From NCBI GenBank assembly GCA_018820085.1, contig JAHJOV010000034.1:1-63776 (forward strand): a stretch of DNA of 63,776 nucleotides. Reading direction: 5' to 3'. Numbering within the stretch: position 1 is the stretch's first letter; each line of letters starts with the position of its first letter. Origin of the DNA: Patescibacteria group bacterium. Lineage in GTDB: Bacteria; Patescibacteriota; Minisyncoccia; Portnoybacterales; UBA2143. A model generated the notes under the pieces. That model was not told the origin of the DNA. It saw only the letters and a list, made by a program, of their open reading frames with translations, and made no database searches. Shown piece by piece: positions 43,982-53,273 of this stretch. The position numbers and the translations under genes were made by a program.

Positions 43982-44986
43982 TTACTTATGAAAATCTCTA
44001 AAAAATTCCATAGCCGCTGCAGCTAAAGGTACAGAAAGAATAATTCCCATAATCCCAGCTAATTTAGCGCCAATCAACATAACAATAATAACAACGATTG
44101 GATTAAGGCCAACTGTTTTTTTCATTACTTGCGGAACAATAACATATCCTTCTAACTGTTGAATTACTATGTATAAAATAATAACTAATAGAGCTAATAG
44201 AGGCGATTGAATAAAAGTCAGAACAACTGCTGGAGCTAAAGCCACAAACGGACCGATATAAGGGACTATTTCCAAAAGTCCTGCCACTAAAGCTAGAGTC
44301 AAAGCATATTTTACACCTAAAAAATAAAGGCCGATATAAACTAAGATGCCAACAATTAACATAAGTATTAACTGTCCTCTTAGCCAACCGCCTATTTTCC
44401 CATAAATTCGCTCAATTAAGTCAGAAACATAATGTTTATGTTCAGTCGGCGTCATAGAAATCATAAATCTCTTAACGCCTTTTTCTTGAACTGCCAGATA
44501 AAAAGAAATTACTAAAACAACGCCAGCTGAAAACAAACCACCAAATAAATTAATAATTGTACCAAAAACATTTGTTGTCGCCTGATTTAAACTATTACTT
44601 AATTTATCCAAAAGACTCTGTAAATTACCCTCTATCTTATACTTACCCGATAATTCCTGAAAACTTAAACTTATTTTCTCCATAAATTCCGGAAAATGGT
44701 TAGCCAATTGTTTAACTTGAGCAGACAAGGGAGGAAAAATTAAAGTGACCACAGAAGCGATTAATAATAAGAGAAGAAGATAAATGAAAATCACTCCTAA
44801 AATCCGAGGAACCTTGTAACGCTGCATCCAGCTAACAGGTCCATTGATAGCCGCCGCGATAATTATCGCTACAAAAACAATTAAGAGAATATCTCTGACT
44901 AGATACAAAAAAACCAATCCAAGCAAAATAAGAATCACTCGAAAAATGGTTGAAGTGGAAATATTAATTGTTTGTGAATCATTCAT
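43982..44986 (-). CDS. AI-2E family transporter (PerM-like)
   Basis: 334 aa, polytopic, with the characteristic ...GLLEIVPYIGP... segment. Confidence 0.8.
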   Translation of the reverse strand: MNDSQTINISTSTIFRVILILLGLVFLYLVRDILLIVFVAIIIAAAINGPVSWMQRYKVPRILGVIFIYLLLLLLIASVVTLIFPPLSAQVKQLANHFPEFMEKISLSFQELSGKYKIEGNLQSLLDKLSNSLNQATTNVFGTIINLFGGLFSAGVVLVISFYLAVQEKGVKRFMISMTPTEHKHYVSDLIERIYGKIGGWLRGQLILMLIVGILVYIGLYFLGVKYALTLALVAGLLEIVPYIGPFVALAPAVVLTFIQSPLLALLVIILYIVIQQLEGYVIVPQVMKKTVGLNPIVVIIVMLIGAKLAGIMGIILSVPLAAAAMEFFRDFHK

Positions 44987-46260
44987 TATATCTTTAGTAA
45001 TTTATCAAACTTATTTTTATCCTTAAACGGTCCGATTAAAGCTAAATTAAGCTTTTCTGGCTTAAAAATATCTTTAGCTACCCGTTGAATATCATTAATA
45101 GTAACCTTATTTATTTTACCTAATTTCTCTTCTAATGTCAAAATTTCGTTTGTTAACAACTCTTGAGAAGCATAAAACGAGGCCTTGGCATCAGACGCCT
45201 CCATGCCAATCAAGGTAGATCCCTTAATATGATCTTTAGCTTTCTGTAGTTCTTTTTGACTAACTTTTTTCTCAGATATTTTCTTAAACTCATTCAAAAT
45301 AGTTTCTATGGCTCTATCAACTTTTTGATTATCAACACCAGCGCTAGCAACTAAAACACCCGTATCTGTATCCATATCTGCCCCTGCGCTGATATAGTAG
45401 GCCAAACCCTGTCTTTCTCTAACAGATATAAACAAACGCGAACTCATATATCCCCCTAATATCGTTCCTAAAATACTTAAAGCGTATCTATCTGGATGAA
45501 ACATATTATATGCTCGAACACCTAAACGAAGATGAGTCTGATCAGTTTTCTTATAATTAACTAAAATCTCTGGTTTAGTTTGCCTTTCCTTAACTGACTC
45601 TTTAGTTTCCACTTTTTGATCATTAATTAAGGTAAAATACTTTTTAATTTTATTAATAACTATTTTCTGATTAACATTGCCTGCTACTGCAATAACAGTA
45701 TTTTTAGCTGAATAATGATTTTGAAGGTAGTCTATAAACTGATTTCTTTTAATATCTTGAATTATTTTTTTAGTTCCAAGAACCGATCGACCAGCTGGTT
45801 GATCTCCATACAAAAGATGTGACCAAAGAAAAACTATATGACTCATTGGCGTATCCAGATACATATTCATTTCCTGTAAGATTGTTCCCTTTTCTCTGTT
45901 AATTTCTTTCTCTTCAAATTTAGAATTCAAATAAATATCTGAAACCCAGTCCAATGCCAAATCTAAATGACTTGCATCAATCTTAGCCCAATAGCCAGTG
46001 TACTCTTCTCCAGTAAAAGCATTATACTCTCCACCAATTTGATCTAGGGGTTCGATTAATTTTAAAGTGCTAGGATATTTTTTAGTCCCCTTAAAAAACA
46101 TATGTTCCAAAAAGTGGGAGATGCCATTGATATCTTTAGTCTCATACTTAGAACCAGTCCCAACCAAAACCAAAACAGCGGCTGTCTTAGTGTTTTTGTC
46201 CGGAACTGTAATAATCCTTAATCCGTTTTTTAAAGTCGTTTTCTTATAATTATTTGCCAT
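44986..46260 (-). CDS. M16-family (insulinase/pitrilysin-like) zinc peptidase
   Basis: Inverted zinc motif HFLEHMFFKGT. Confidence 0.85.
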   Translation of the reverse strand: MANNYKKTTLKNGLRIITVPDKNTKTAAVLVLVGTGSKYETKDINGISHFLEHMFFKGTKKYPSTLKLIEPLDQIGGEYNAFTGEEYTGYWAKIDASHLDLALDWVSDIYLNSKFEEKEINREKGTILQEMNMYLDTPMSHIVFLWSHLLYGDQPAGRSVLGTKKIIQDIKRNQFIDYLQNHYSAKNTVIAVAGNVNQKIVINKIKKYFTLINDQKVETKESVKERQTKPEILVNYKKTDQTHLRLGVRAYNMFHPDRYALSILGTILGGYMSSRLFISVRERQGLAYYISAGADMDTDTGVLVASAGVDNQKVDRAIETILNEFKKISEKKVSQKELQKAKDHIKGSTLIGMEASDAKASFYASQELLTNEILTLEEKLGKINKVTINDIQRVAKDIFKPEKLNLALIGPFKDKNKFDKLLKI

Positions 46261-47626
46261 ATTGTTCTTTAAGATAAGAATCTAATTCTTTTATCTTTAT
46301 CCTTTCTTGTTTCATAGTGTCGCGATCGCGAACTGTGACATCGTTATTATCTAAACTATCAAAATCAACAGTGATACAATAAAAAGTTCCGATCTCATCT
46401 TGACGACGATAACGTTTACCAATATTACCATTATCATCAAATTCACAAGTATAACCAGTCTTAAGCTCGTCAAAAATCTCTTTAGCTTTCTTGACTAATT
46501 TCGGTTTGTTTCTCAAAAGAGGGAAAACAGCTACTTGAATCGGCGCTAACCGCTTGGGGAATTTCATAACCACTCTTGTTTCTTTATCTACTTTTTCTTC
46601 GGTATAAGCTTCAGTTAAGACAGCGAATACTGTTCGGCCAACACCAACTGACGATTCAATAACATGAGGAATGTATTTTTCTCCAGTTTTAGAATCTAGA
46701 TACGATAAATCTTTACCGGAAAACTTGGCATGTTGTGATAGATCATAGTTACCCCGAGCGTGAACACCTTCTAATTCATCAAAACCAAAAGGAAACTTAT
46801 AATTTATATCATAAGCGGCTTTGGCATAAAAAACTAAATTCTTATGCTTATTCCATTTCAAATGTTCTTTTTTAAGACCAAGGTCTAAATAATACTGCCA
46901 ACGAGCTTTTCTTAATTTTTCATACTCTTCCATTTCCTTATCAGGATGAACAAAATACTGCATTTCCATTTGCTCAAATTCTCGCGTTCTAAAAAGAAAT
47001 TGACGAGCCGTTATTTCATTACGAAAGGCCTTACCAATTTGAGCTATGCCAAAAGGAATTTTGACTCTTGTTGAATCCAAAACATTTTTGTAGTTAACAT
47101 AAATACCCTGACAAGTTTCGCCACGCAAATAGGCCGGCTCTTTATCCCAATTACCGGTAAAATTTCCTAGATTGGATTTAACTAATAAATTAAATTTCTT
47201 AGCATCGGTAAAATTTTTCTTGCCGCAATTAGGACATTTAATTTTCTCTTTGTTTTCAGAAAAAATCTTGTTAATTTCTTCTTCAGACATTTTTTCATCA
47301 GCTTCTATCTTGATTTCCGTCAATAAATGATCAACTCTAGAACGAGTATGACAATCTTTACATTCAACCAAAGGATCTGAAAAACCAGCTACATGACCAC
47401 TAGCTTCCCAAATCTTAGGATGCATAAAAATAGCTGAATCTAAACCAACTATATCTTCTCTTTGGAGAACTACCTTTCGCCACCAAACATGTTTAATGTT
47501 ATTCTCTAGCTCAACCCCATAAGGACCATAATCATAAATCGCGGCAAAACCACCATAAATATCCGAAGATGGATAAATAAAACCCCGTCGTTTAGCTAAA
47601 GATACAATTTTTTCCATAGTCACCAT
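46250..47626 (-). CDS. glyQS: Glycine--tRNA ligase (alpha2 type)
   Basis: RRGFIYPSSDIYGG..., class II motifs, and a C-terminal anticodon-binding domain. An alternative ATG lies at 47617. Confidence 0.95.
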   Translation of the reverse strand: MVTMEKIVSLAKRRGFIYPSSDIYGGFAAIYDYGPYGVELENNIKHVWWRKVVLQREDIVGLDSAIFMHPKIWEASGHVAGFSDPLVECKDCHTRSRVDHLLTEIKIEADEKMSEEEINKIFSENKEKIKCPNCGKKNFTDAKKFNLLVKSNLGNFTGNWDKEPAYLRGETCQGIYVNYKNVLDSTRVKIPFGIAQIGKAFRNEITARQFLFRTREFEQMEMQYFVHPDKEMEEYEKLRKARWQYYLDLGLKKEHLKWNKHKNLVFYAKAAYDINYKFPFGFDELEGVHARGNYDLSQHAKFSGKDLSYLDSKTGEKYIPHVIESSVGVGRTVFAVLTEAYTEEKVDKETRVVMKFPKRLAPIQVAVFPLLRNKPKLVKKAKEIFDELKTGYTCEFDDNGNIGKRYRRQDEIGTFYCITVDFDSLDNNDVTVRDRDTMKQERIKIKELDSYLKEQYGK

Positions 47627-47632
47627 ATTTTT

Positions 47633-49504
47633 TTATTCAATAACCCTCCCTTGCTGTTGAGAAATCATTAAATCATCTGGCAGATCAGTATCAATTGACT
47701 CATCAGTATTGGTTAATGCTAAATCAACAAAATTATCCTGACCACTAGCTTGAGATTGACTAATCAACTCAACCAAATTACCCAAATGAGCTAAACTAGG
47801 AGTAATTGATATTTGAAAAGCCACTTCTTTAACAGGAAGAAGAACGCCAGTAGCCGCTTGTAAATCACCAACCGACCAAATTATTTGTCCAGTCTGTGAA
47901 TTATATGTCAAACCAGTACCACTAACCCTATTATTCCAATTAACATGAGGTGGCAAAGAACCAATTACTTTAACATTTTTTAAATCATTACTTGTATTTA
48001 CCAAACGCCATTTAATCGTGTAACTAGTTGTCTGACTAACCTTAGGCGGAATCGGCCCGCTATTGGTAATTAAATCATCGTAATAATAACCCTGAGATTG
48101 AAGAGTTAGCTGACTAGCAATCTTTGTTGTCATCTTACTTTGTCCAGTAATCTCAATATCCTTTAAAGAAAGGGGTACTTCCAGGGAATCAATTTTAACC
48201 TCATTGTTAACAATAAAATTTTTATCACTATAACCATTAATCGGCAAAGGATTTTTGATTCTAATTGAAAAACTTAATTGGCCTTTTTGATAAGGACCAA
48301 GTAAGGCTAAATTTGACACATTACTAGCATTCCAAGTGATCGTCTGAGTATCCCCATTAAAAGAACCACTTCCTAACTCCAAACTAGTAAAATCTAAAAC
48401 TTTACCCTCTAGTTTTGAAGTAATAACAACATTTTTGATCCCAATATCGGTCGTATTCTGATAATTAATCTGATAAGTTAATATCTGATTAGCTTGAGCT
48501 ATATAATTAGTACTTTCGTTAACTGTTTGACTAATTGACAAAGGAGAATTGGAAATTTGCAAAGCACCTACCGTTTCAGAATAAGGAGTAAACTCTTCAT
48601 TTTGAAAAATACCTAATTGAGCCTTAAATGATTTGACTTCGCCCTCTTTTCCTTGAATATTACCTCTAATGGAAATCCTACTTTGCTCACCAGCCATTAA
48701 TTTACCCAGAGACCAAACATTATTATTTTCGTCTTCTAAAGGATTAAGATTAGCCGATTCAAAAACAAATCCTGCTGGATAGTCTATCCGAATCCGAATA
48801 TCATCAAAAGAAACTTCAGCCTGATTTAAATATCTTAGAGAAAAATCAAAATCCTGACCAGTTACTAATTTTTCTGGTAAATCAAAATCTAAAATTAAAG
48901 GAACAGAAATCACCTGGCTAATAAATTCTGCCACATTAGTATATTGGGAACTAATACCTACTGGCTGATAACTCAACTCAACCCAGGCTTTTTGATTCTC
49001 TCCTCTTAAACCGATAATTCTAACTAATAGTTCAATTTCTTTTTCTTGACCAGGCGCTAAATCAGGTAAATCAATAGTTTCATCTAAACTTTGTTGATTA
49101 GCTGGAATTGAGTCTTTTGGATAATGAAAAACTAATTTAAGATTTTCTAAAACTAAACGAGTATTATTATTATATTTAATTAAATATTTAACCTCTTCAC
49201 CACTAACTACTCTTTCTGCTCCATAAATTTCTATTACAACTCCATTTTTATCAAAAGAAGTAAAACCACGCCAAATAAAAAACCCGGCTGTAATTAAAAA
49301 AACGATTATAACCGAGATACTAATAATCCGTATTTTCTTTTTCCATTGAGGTGACAACTGTCGTTTCTCTATTTTTTGCCATTCTTGAGCTACATCCTTT
49401 TTTTCTCTTTTTCGATCTATATCAAAAGCTTCTGGTCCTTCTAATCTATCTTCAAATTCAGCTTCTGGTTTGTATAATTTTTTTTGTAATTCGTCTAACT
49501 TCAT
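47633..49504 (-). CDS. Large membrane-anchored surface protein with repeated beta-sandwich (DUF11/CARDB-like) modules
   Basis: Charged N-terminal tail and a single TM (IISISVIIVFLITAGFFIW). About 540 aa of Ser/Thr/Asn-rich repeated beta-type sequence follow. The family call is tentative. Confidence 0.4.
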   Translation of the reverse strand: MKLDELQKKLYKPEAEFEDRLEGPEAFDIDRKREKKDVAQEWQKIEKRQLSPQWKKKIRIISISVIIVFLITAGFFIWRGFTSFDKNGVVIEIYGAERVVSGEEVKYLIKYNNNTRLVLENLKLVFHYPKDSIPANQQSLDETIDLPDLAPGQEKEIELLVRIIGLRGENQKAWVELSYQPVGISSQYTNVAEFISQVISVPLILDFDLPEKLVTGQDFDFSLRYLNQAEVSFDDIRIRIDYPAGFVFESANLNPLEDENNNVWSLGKLMAGEQSRISIRGNIQGKEGEVKSFKAQLGIFQNEEFTPYSETVGALQISNSPLSISQTVNESTNYIAQANQILTYQINYQNTTDIGIKNVVITSKLEGKVLDFTSLELGSGSFNGDTQTITWNASNVSNLALLGPYQKGQLSFSIRIKNPLPINGYSDKNFIVNNEVKIDSLEVPLSLKDIEITGQSKMTTKIASQLTLQSQGYYYDDLITNSGPIPPKVSQTTSYTIKWRLVNTSNDLKNVKVIGSLPPHVNWNNRVSGTGLTYNSQTGQIIWSVGDLQAATGVLLPVKEVAFQISITPSLAHLGNLVELISQSQASGQDNFVDLALTNTDESIDTDLPDDLMISQQQGRVIE

Positions 49505-49511
49505 TTAGTCT

Positions 49512-49579
49512 AGAGGTCCGACCTCATTTTGTCCGAACATTAGAAAAGGTTCGGCAAAATGAGGTCCGACCTCGAATTA
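49512..49579. repeat. Palindromic element (type I, AACATTAGAAAAGGTT loop variant)
   Basis: AGAGGTCCGACCTCATTTTGTCCGAACATTAGAAAAGGTTCGGCAAAATGAGGTCCGACCTCGAATTA. 68/68 identical to 50341-50408. Confidence 0.9.
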
Positions 49580-49591
49580 CCTATACCCTAA

Positions 49592-49620
49592 ATTATATTA
49601 CACTCCATCAAAAAAGGCAA
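49592..49620 (-). promoter_or_regulatory. Sigma70-like promoter for the surface-protein operon
   Basis: Minus strand TTGCCT (49620-49615), 17 nt spacer, TATAAT (49597-49592). The palindromic element would form most of the 5' UTR. Confidence 0.45.
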
Positions 49621-49658
49621 AAAAAATACCCCGTAGAGCTATGTTTGTCTACGGGGTA
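49613..49658 (-). terminator. Rho-independent terminator downstream of recO
   Basis: Minus strand CCCCGTAG-12 nt loop-CTACGGGG followed by TATTTTTTTT. Confidence 0.7.
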
Positions 49659-49811
49659 GTATCAGTCACAGCAGGATAATTTATGTTAGCGCCATCTGCC
49701 AGTGGCGCTCAAACCCCCATCTCTAACCTCATAATGGCCTCCAGTGCGTCATGCGGTTTCAAAAAAGAACTACGATCACTAAACCTACGATAATACCTAT
49801 AATCTACACCA

Positions 49812-50333
49812 CTAAAAATACTTTGTCAATTGTTGATAACTATTTATTCTATCATTCGTTAGTTCTTGAACAAACTCAATAAAATTATTTTGCTGACCAT
49901 AGCCTAAAAATTCCAGTAACTTACTCTCAAAACCACTAATTATTGGCTTAACTTCTTGTTCCTGATTAAGCTGATTAAAACTACCCAGAAGCAATTGCCA
50001 AATCTGTTCGTCTTTTTCCGGGCCAGCAACTAATTTATCAATTAATTCTGAAAAATAATAAGCGACGAATAAAAACGGTAGACTCTGATGAAGATAGGGG
50101 AAACTTTCAATTGTTTCGGCCCCAGTTATAATATCAAATCCTCGACCCGGAGCAATCATTAAATGAGAATACAAAAAAAGCTCAAGATGACCTTTGAGCT
50201 TGGCTTGATTTTTCCGAACTGCTTTCCCTTTGATTATTAATTTACCAAAATCTTGGGTATAAACAGTTATTAATTTATCAAACTCTCCCAAATTTGAATT
50301 TTTAATAATAATCCCCTCTGTCTTATACAACAT
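49812..50333 (-). CDS. recO: DNA repair protein RecO
   Basis: MLYKTEGIIIKNSNLGEFDKLITVYTQDFGKL..., the OB-fold N-terminus typical of RecO. Trimmed from the repeat-derived extension. Confidence 0.8.
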   Translation of the reverse strand: MLYKTEGIIIKNSNLGEFDKLITVYTQDFGKLIIKGKAVRKNQAKLKGHLELFLYSHLMIAPGRGFDIITGAETIESFPYLHQSLPFLFVAYYFSELIDKLVAGPEKDEQIWQLLLGSFNQLNQEQEVKPIISGFESKLLEFLGYGQQNNFIEFVQELTNDRINSYQQLTKYF

Positions 50334-50340
50334 GCAGTCC

Positions 50341-50408
50341 AGAGGTCCGACCTCATTTTGTCCGAACATTAGAAAAGGTTCGGCAAAATGAGGTCCGACC
50401 TCGAATTA
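50341..50408. repeat. Palindromic element (type I), identical twin of 49512-49579
   Basis: Same 68-nt string. Lies between the ileS stop (50414) and the recO start (50333). Confidence 0.9.
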
Positions 50409-50413
50409 GCGAA

Positions 50414-53272
50414 TTAGCGAATCCCCAGCCAAATTTTCTGACCGTCTAGATCAATTTCTTTCTCTACTAAGAGCCCTTTTTTATCTTCTTTAGGTTCTAT
50501 CTTAGCTGTAACTTCTTCTTCAATTTCTGATTGATGTTCTTTAATTATTTTTTCTAATTCTAAACTAGTTGAGTAATATAAAATAATTTTATCTTGAGGG
50601 TTAAGTCCGCCTTCTTTTCGCATTCCTTGAATAGAACGAATTAGATCTCTAATCATTCCCTCTACTTTAAGTTCTGGAGTAATTTCAATATCCAATTCAA
50701 CTTCCTGCCCAAAAACAACTTTTTTAACATTAACTTCTTCTTTGATTAAATCAATTAATTCTTTATTCTTAATTAATTCTTTATTCTTAATTCTTAATTC
50801 CTTTAATGGCTGTCTAACTTTAATCCCGAGTTCGGCTCTTTTAGCTAAAGCTGAAACAACTGTTTCTCTAACTTCTTTCATGCTTTCCTCTAACTCTAAA
50901 TCAATCAATTTTTTATCGGCTTTCGGATAATCACATAGGTGAACAGATTCAGCGTCTTTGTTTGTTTTTAATCCTTGATAAATATCTTCGGCTATAAAAG
51001 GAGCAAAGGGCGCAATTATTTTAGACAAATTAAACAGAACAGAATACAAAACTTGAGTTGCTTTTTCTTTATCTTTTTTGTCTTTTGATTTTTGTAACCT
51101 TGCTCTTGAACGACGAATATACCAATTTGAAAACTCGTCAATAAAAGATTGGATTGAACGAGCAGCTGAAACAACATCATATTTCTCTAGATTTTTAACA
51201 ACTAAATCATTTAATAGGTTAAGTCGAGAAATAATCCACTTATCTAAAATATATTCTGATTTTAATTTTTTAGACTTAAAATTCTTTTCCTTATATGTCT
51301 CAAAAAAGACAAACGAATTAAACAAAGTGCTAAAAACTCTTCTATTTGTATCAGCCACATTCTTAACATCAAATTTCTTTGGTTCTCCGGCTTGATTAAC
51401 AGTATAAAGATACCAACGCAAAGTATCAGCTCCAAATTGGTCGCACATTTCCCAAGGATCTACTATATTACCCCGTGATTTTGACATTTTTTTACCATTT
51501 TTATCTAAAACATGACCAAGGCAAATAACATTATTAAAACAATGGCCTTGTTTAATCACTCCAGCATATTCCATTAAAGTAGCAATAGCTAAAAGAGAAT
51601 AAAACCAACCTCTAGTTTGATCCACTGCTTCACAGATATAGTCGGCTGGGTAATGTTCTTTAAATTTCTCTTGGCTACCTTTTTGATATGGATAACCCCA
51701 TTGAGCTAAAAACATAGCTCCGGAATCAAACCAACAATCAATGACGCTTTTATCACGAATCATTTGTCCACCGCACTTGCATTTAAACTTAATTTGATCA
51801 ATATAGGGTCGGTGCAAATCTTTGAGTTTTTTACCTAGCTCCTTAACGCTACCAATACATTTCATTTCTCCACATTTCTGACATTGCCAAATAGGAAGGG
51901 GAGTCCCCCAATATCTTTCACGAGACAAAGCCCAATCCCTGGCTTCTTTAATAAATTCTCCAAATCTACCCTTTTTAATATGAGCCGGCTCCCAAAAGAT
52001 TTTCTGGTTATTATCTATTAGATTCTTGCGCAACTTAGACATTTTAATAAACCAAGAATCTCTTGCATAATAGAGTAAAGGGGTCTCACAGCGCCAGCAA
52101 AAAGGATAATCATGTTCATATTCTTCTTCTTTAAAAAGGAATCCGCTCTTTTTTAAATGAGCTAGAATCTTATTCTCTATTTCCTTATCTTTAACAAATT
52201 TGTTTAATAAATCATATTGAGCTAAATCTTTAATGAAAAATCCTTTTTCAGTTACTGTATGAACCATAGGTAAATCTATTTTCTTGCCCAACTCATAATC
52301 TTCTTCACCGTACATAACCGCTGTATGGACGACACCAGTTCCGTCTTCGGTAGAAACAAAATCCGCTGGAACAGTATAATAAGCTTTTTTACCGGTTTTT
52401 TTAATTGATTCAATTTCAAATAAGGGCTGATATTCTACGCCTATTAAATCCTTGCCTTTAAATTCAGATTCTATTTGATAATCTCCATCAATTATTTCCA
52501 ATCTACTTCTAGCTAAAATATATTTCTTGCCTTGATATTTAATCTTAACGTAATCAATCTTTTCTCCAACTGCTAAAGCAACATTGCCAGGTAAAGTCCA
52601 TGGTGTCGTTGTCCAAGCGAGAATATTATCGTTTTTCTTAACTTTATCGTTTCCTTTAGTAATTCTGAAATTTAAATAAACAGAATTTTCTTTGACTTTT
52701 TTGTATCCTTGAGATACTTCATGAGTTGAAAGTCCTGTTTCACATCTTGGACAATAGTGAAGAATTTTGAATCCCTTATAAAGAAGTTTCTTATCCCAGA
52801 CTTTTTTAAGAATATACCAGACTGATTCAATATATTGATTTTCGTAAGTAATATAAGGATCTTTCATATCAATCCAAAAAGCAATCCGCTCTGTTAATTT
52901 TTCCCATTCATCTTTATATTCCCAAACACTGGTTTTGCATTTTTGATTAAATTTAGTAATTCCATATTTTTCAATATCGTCTTTGTTTTTAAAACTAAGT
53001 TGTTTTTCTACTTCTAATTCAACTGGTAAGCCCTGGGCATCCCAACCAGCCTTACGATCAACAAAAAACCCTCGCATTGTTTTGTAACGCGGAATAACAT
53101 CTTTAAAAGCCCTGGCTTCAACATGGTGTATGCCTGGCCGACCATTAGCTGTAGGCGGACCCTCAAAAAAAACAAATTTCTTTTTGTCTCTGTTTTTTTC
53201 TAAACTTTTCTCAAAAATCTTATCTTCTCGCCAACATTTTAATATTTTTTCTTCGTTTTTTGATAAATCCAT
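50414..53272 (-). CDS. ileS: Isoleucine--tRNA ligase
   Basis: PPTANGRPGIHHV, KMSKSRGN, a CP1 editing domain, and Cys clusters. 952 aa. Confidence 0.95.
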   Translation of the reverse strand: MDLSKNEEKILKCWREDKIFEKSLEKNRDKKKFVFFEGPPTANGRPGIHHVEARAFKDVIPRYKTMRGFFVDRKAGWDAQGLPVELEVEKQLSFKNKDDIEKYGITKFNQKCKTSVWEYKDEWEKLTERIAFWIDMKDPYITYENQYIESVWYILKKVWDKKLLYKGFKILHYCPRCETGLSTHEVSQGYKKVKENSVYLNFRITKGNDKVKKNDNILAWTTTPWTLPGNVALAVGEKIDYVKIKYQGKKYILARSRLEIIDGDYQIESEFKGKDLIGVEYQPLFEIESIKKTGKKAYYTVPADFVSTEDGTGVVHTAVMYGEEDYELGKKIDLPMVHTVTEKGFFIKDLAQYDLLNKFVKDKEIENKILAHLKKSGFLFKEEEYEHDYPFCWRCETPLLYYARDSWFIKMSKLRKNLIDNNQKIFWEPAHIKKGRFGEFIKEARDWALSRERYWGTPLPIWQCQKCGEMKCIGSVKELGKKLKDLHRPYIDQIKFKCKCGGQMIRDKSVIDCWFDSGAMFLAQWGYPYQKGSQEKFKEHYPADYICEAVDQTRGWFYSLLAIATLMEYAGVIKQGHCFNNVICLGHVLDKNGKKMSKSRGNIVDPWEMCDQFGADTLRWYLYTVNQAGEPKKFDVKNVADTNRRVFSTLFNSFVFFETYKEKNFKSKKLKSEYILDKWIISRLNLLNDLVVKNLEKYDVVSAARSIQSFIDEFSNWYIRRSRARLQKSKDKKDKEKATQVLYSVLFNLSKIIAPFAPFIAEDIYQGLKTNKDAESVHLCDYPKADKKLIDLELEESMKEVRETVVSALAKRAELGIKVRQPLKELRIKNKELIKNKELIDLIKEEVNVKKVVFGQEVELDIEITPELKVEGMIRDLIRSIQGMRKEGGLNPQDKIILYYSTSLELEKIIKEHQSEIEEEVTAKIEPKEDKKGLLVEKEIDLDGQKIWLGIR

Positions 53273-53273
53273 A

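Noticed and set aside
49580-49811. SRP (4.5S) RNA or RNase P RNA in the recO 3' region
   Set aside because: A GGCAGATG string resembles part of E. coli 4.5S RNA. However, the conserved domain IV motifs (GGAA tetraloop context, GGAAGCAGCC) are absent, as are the RNase P P4 motifs. It remains an unclassified candidate.
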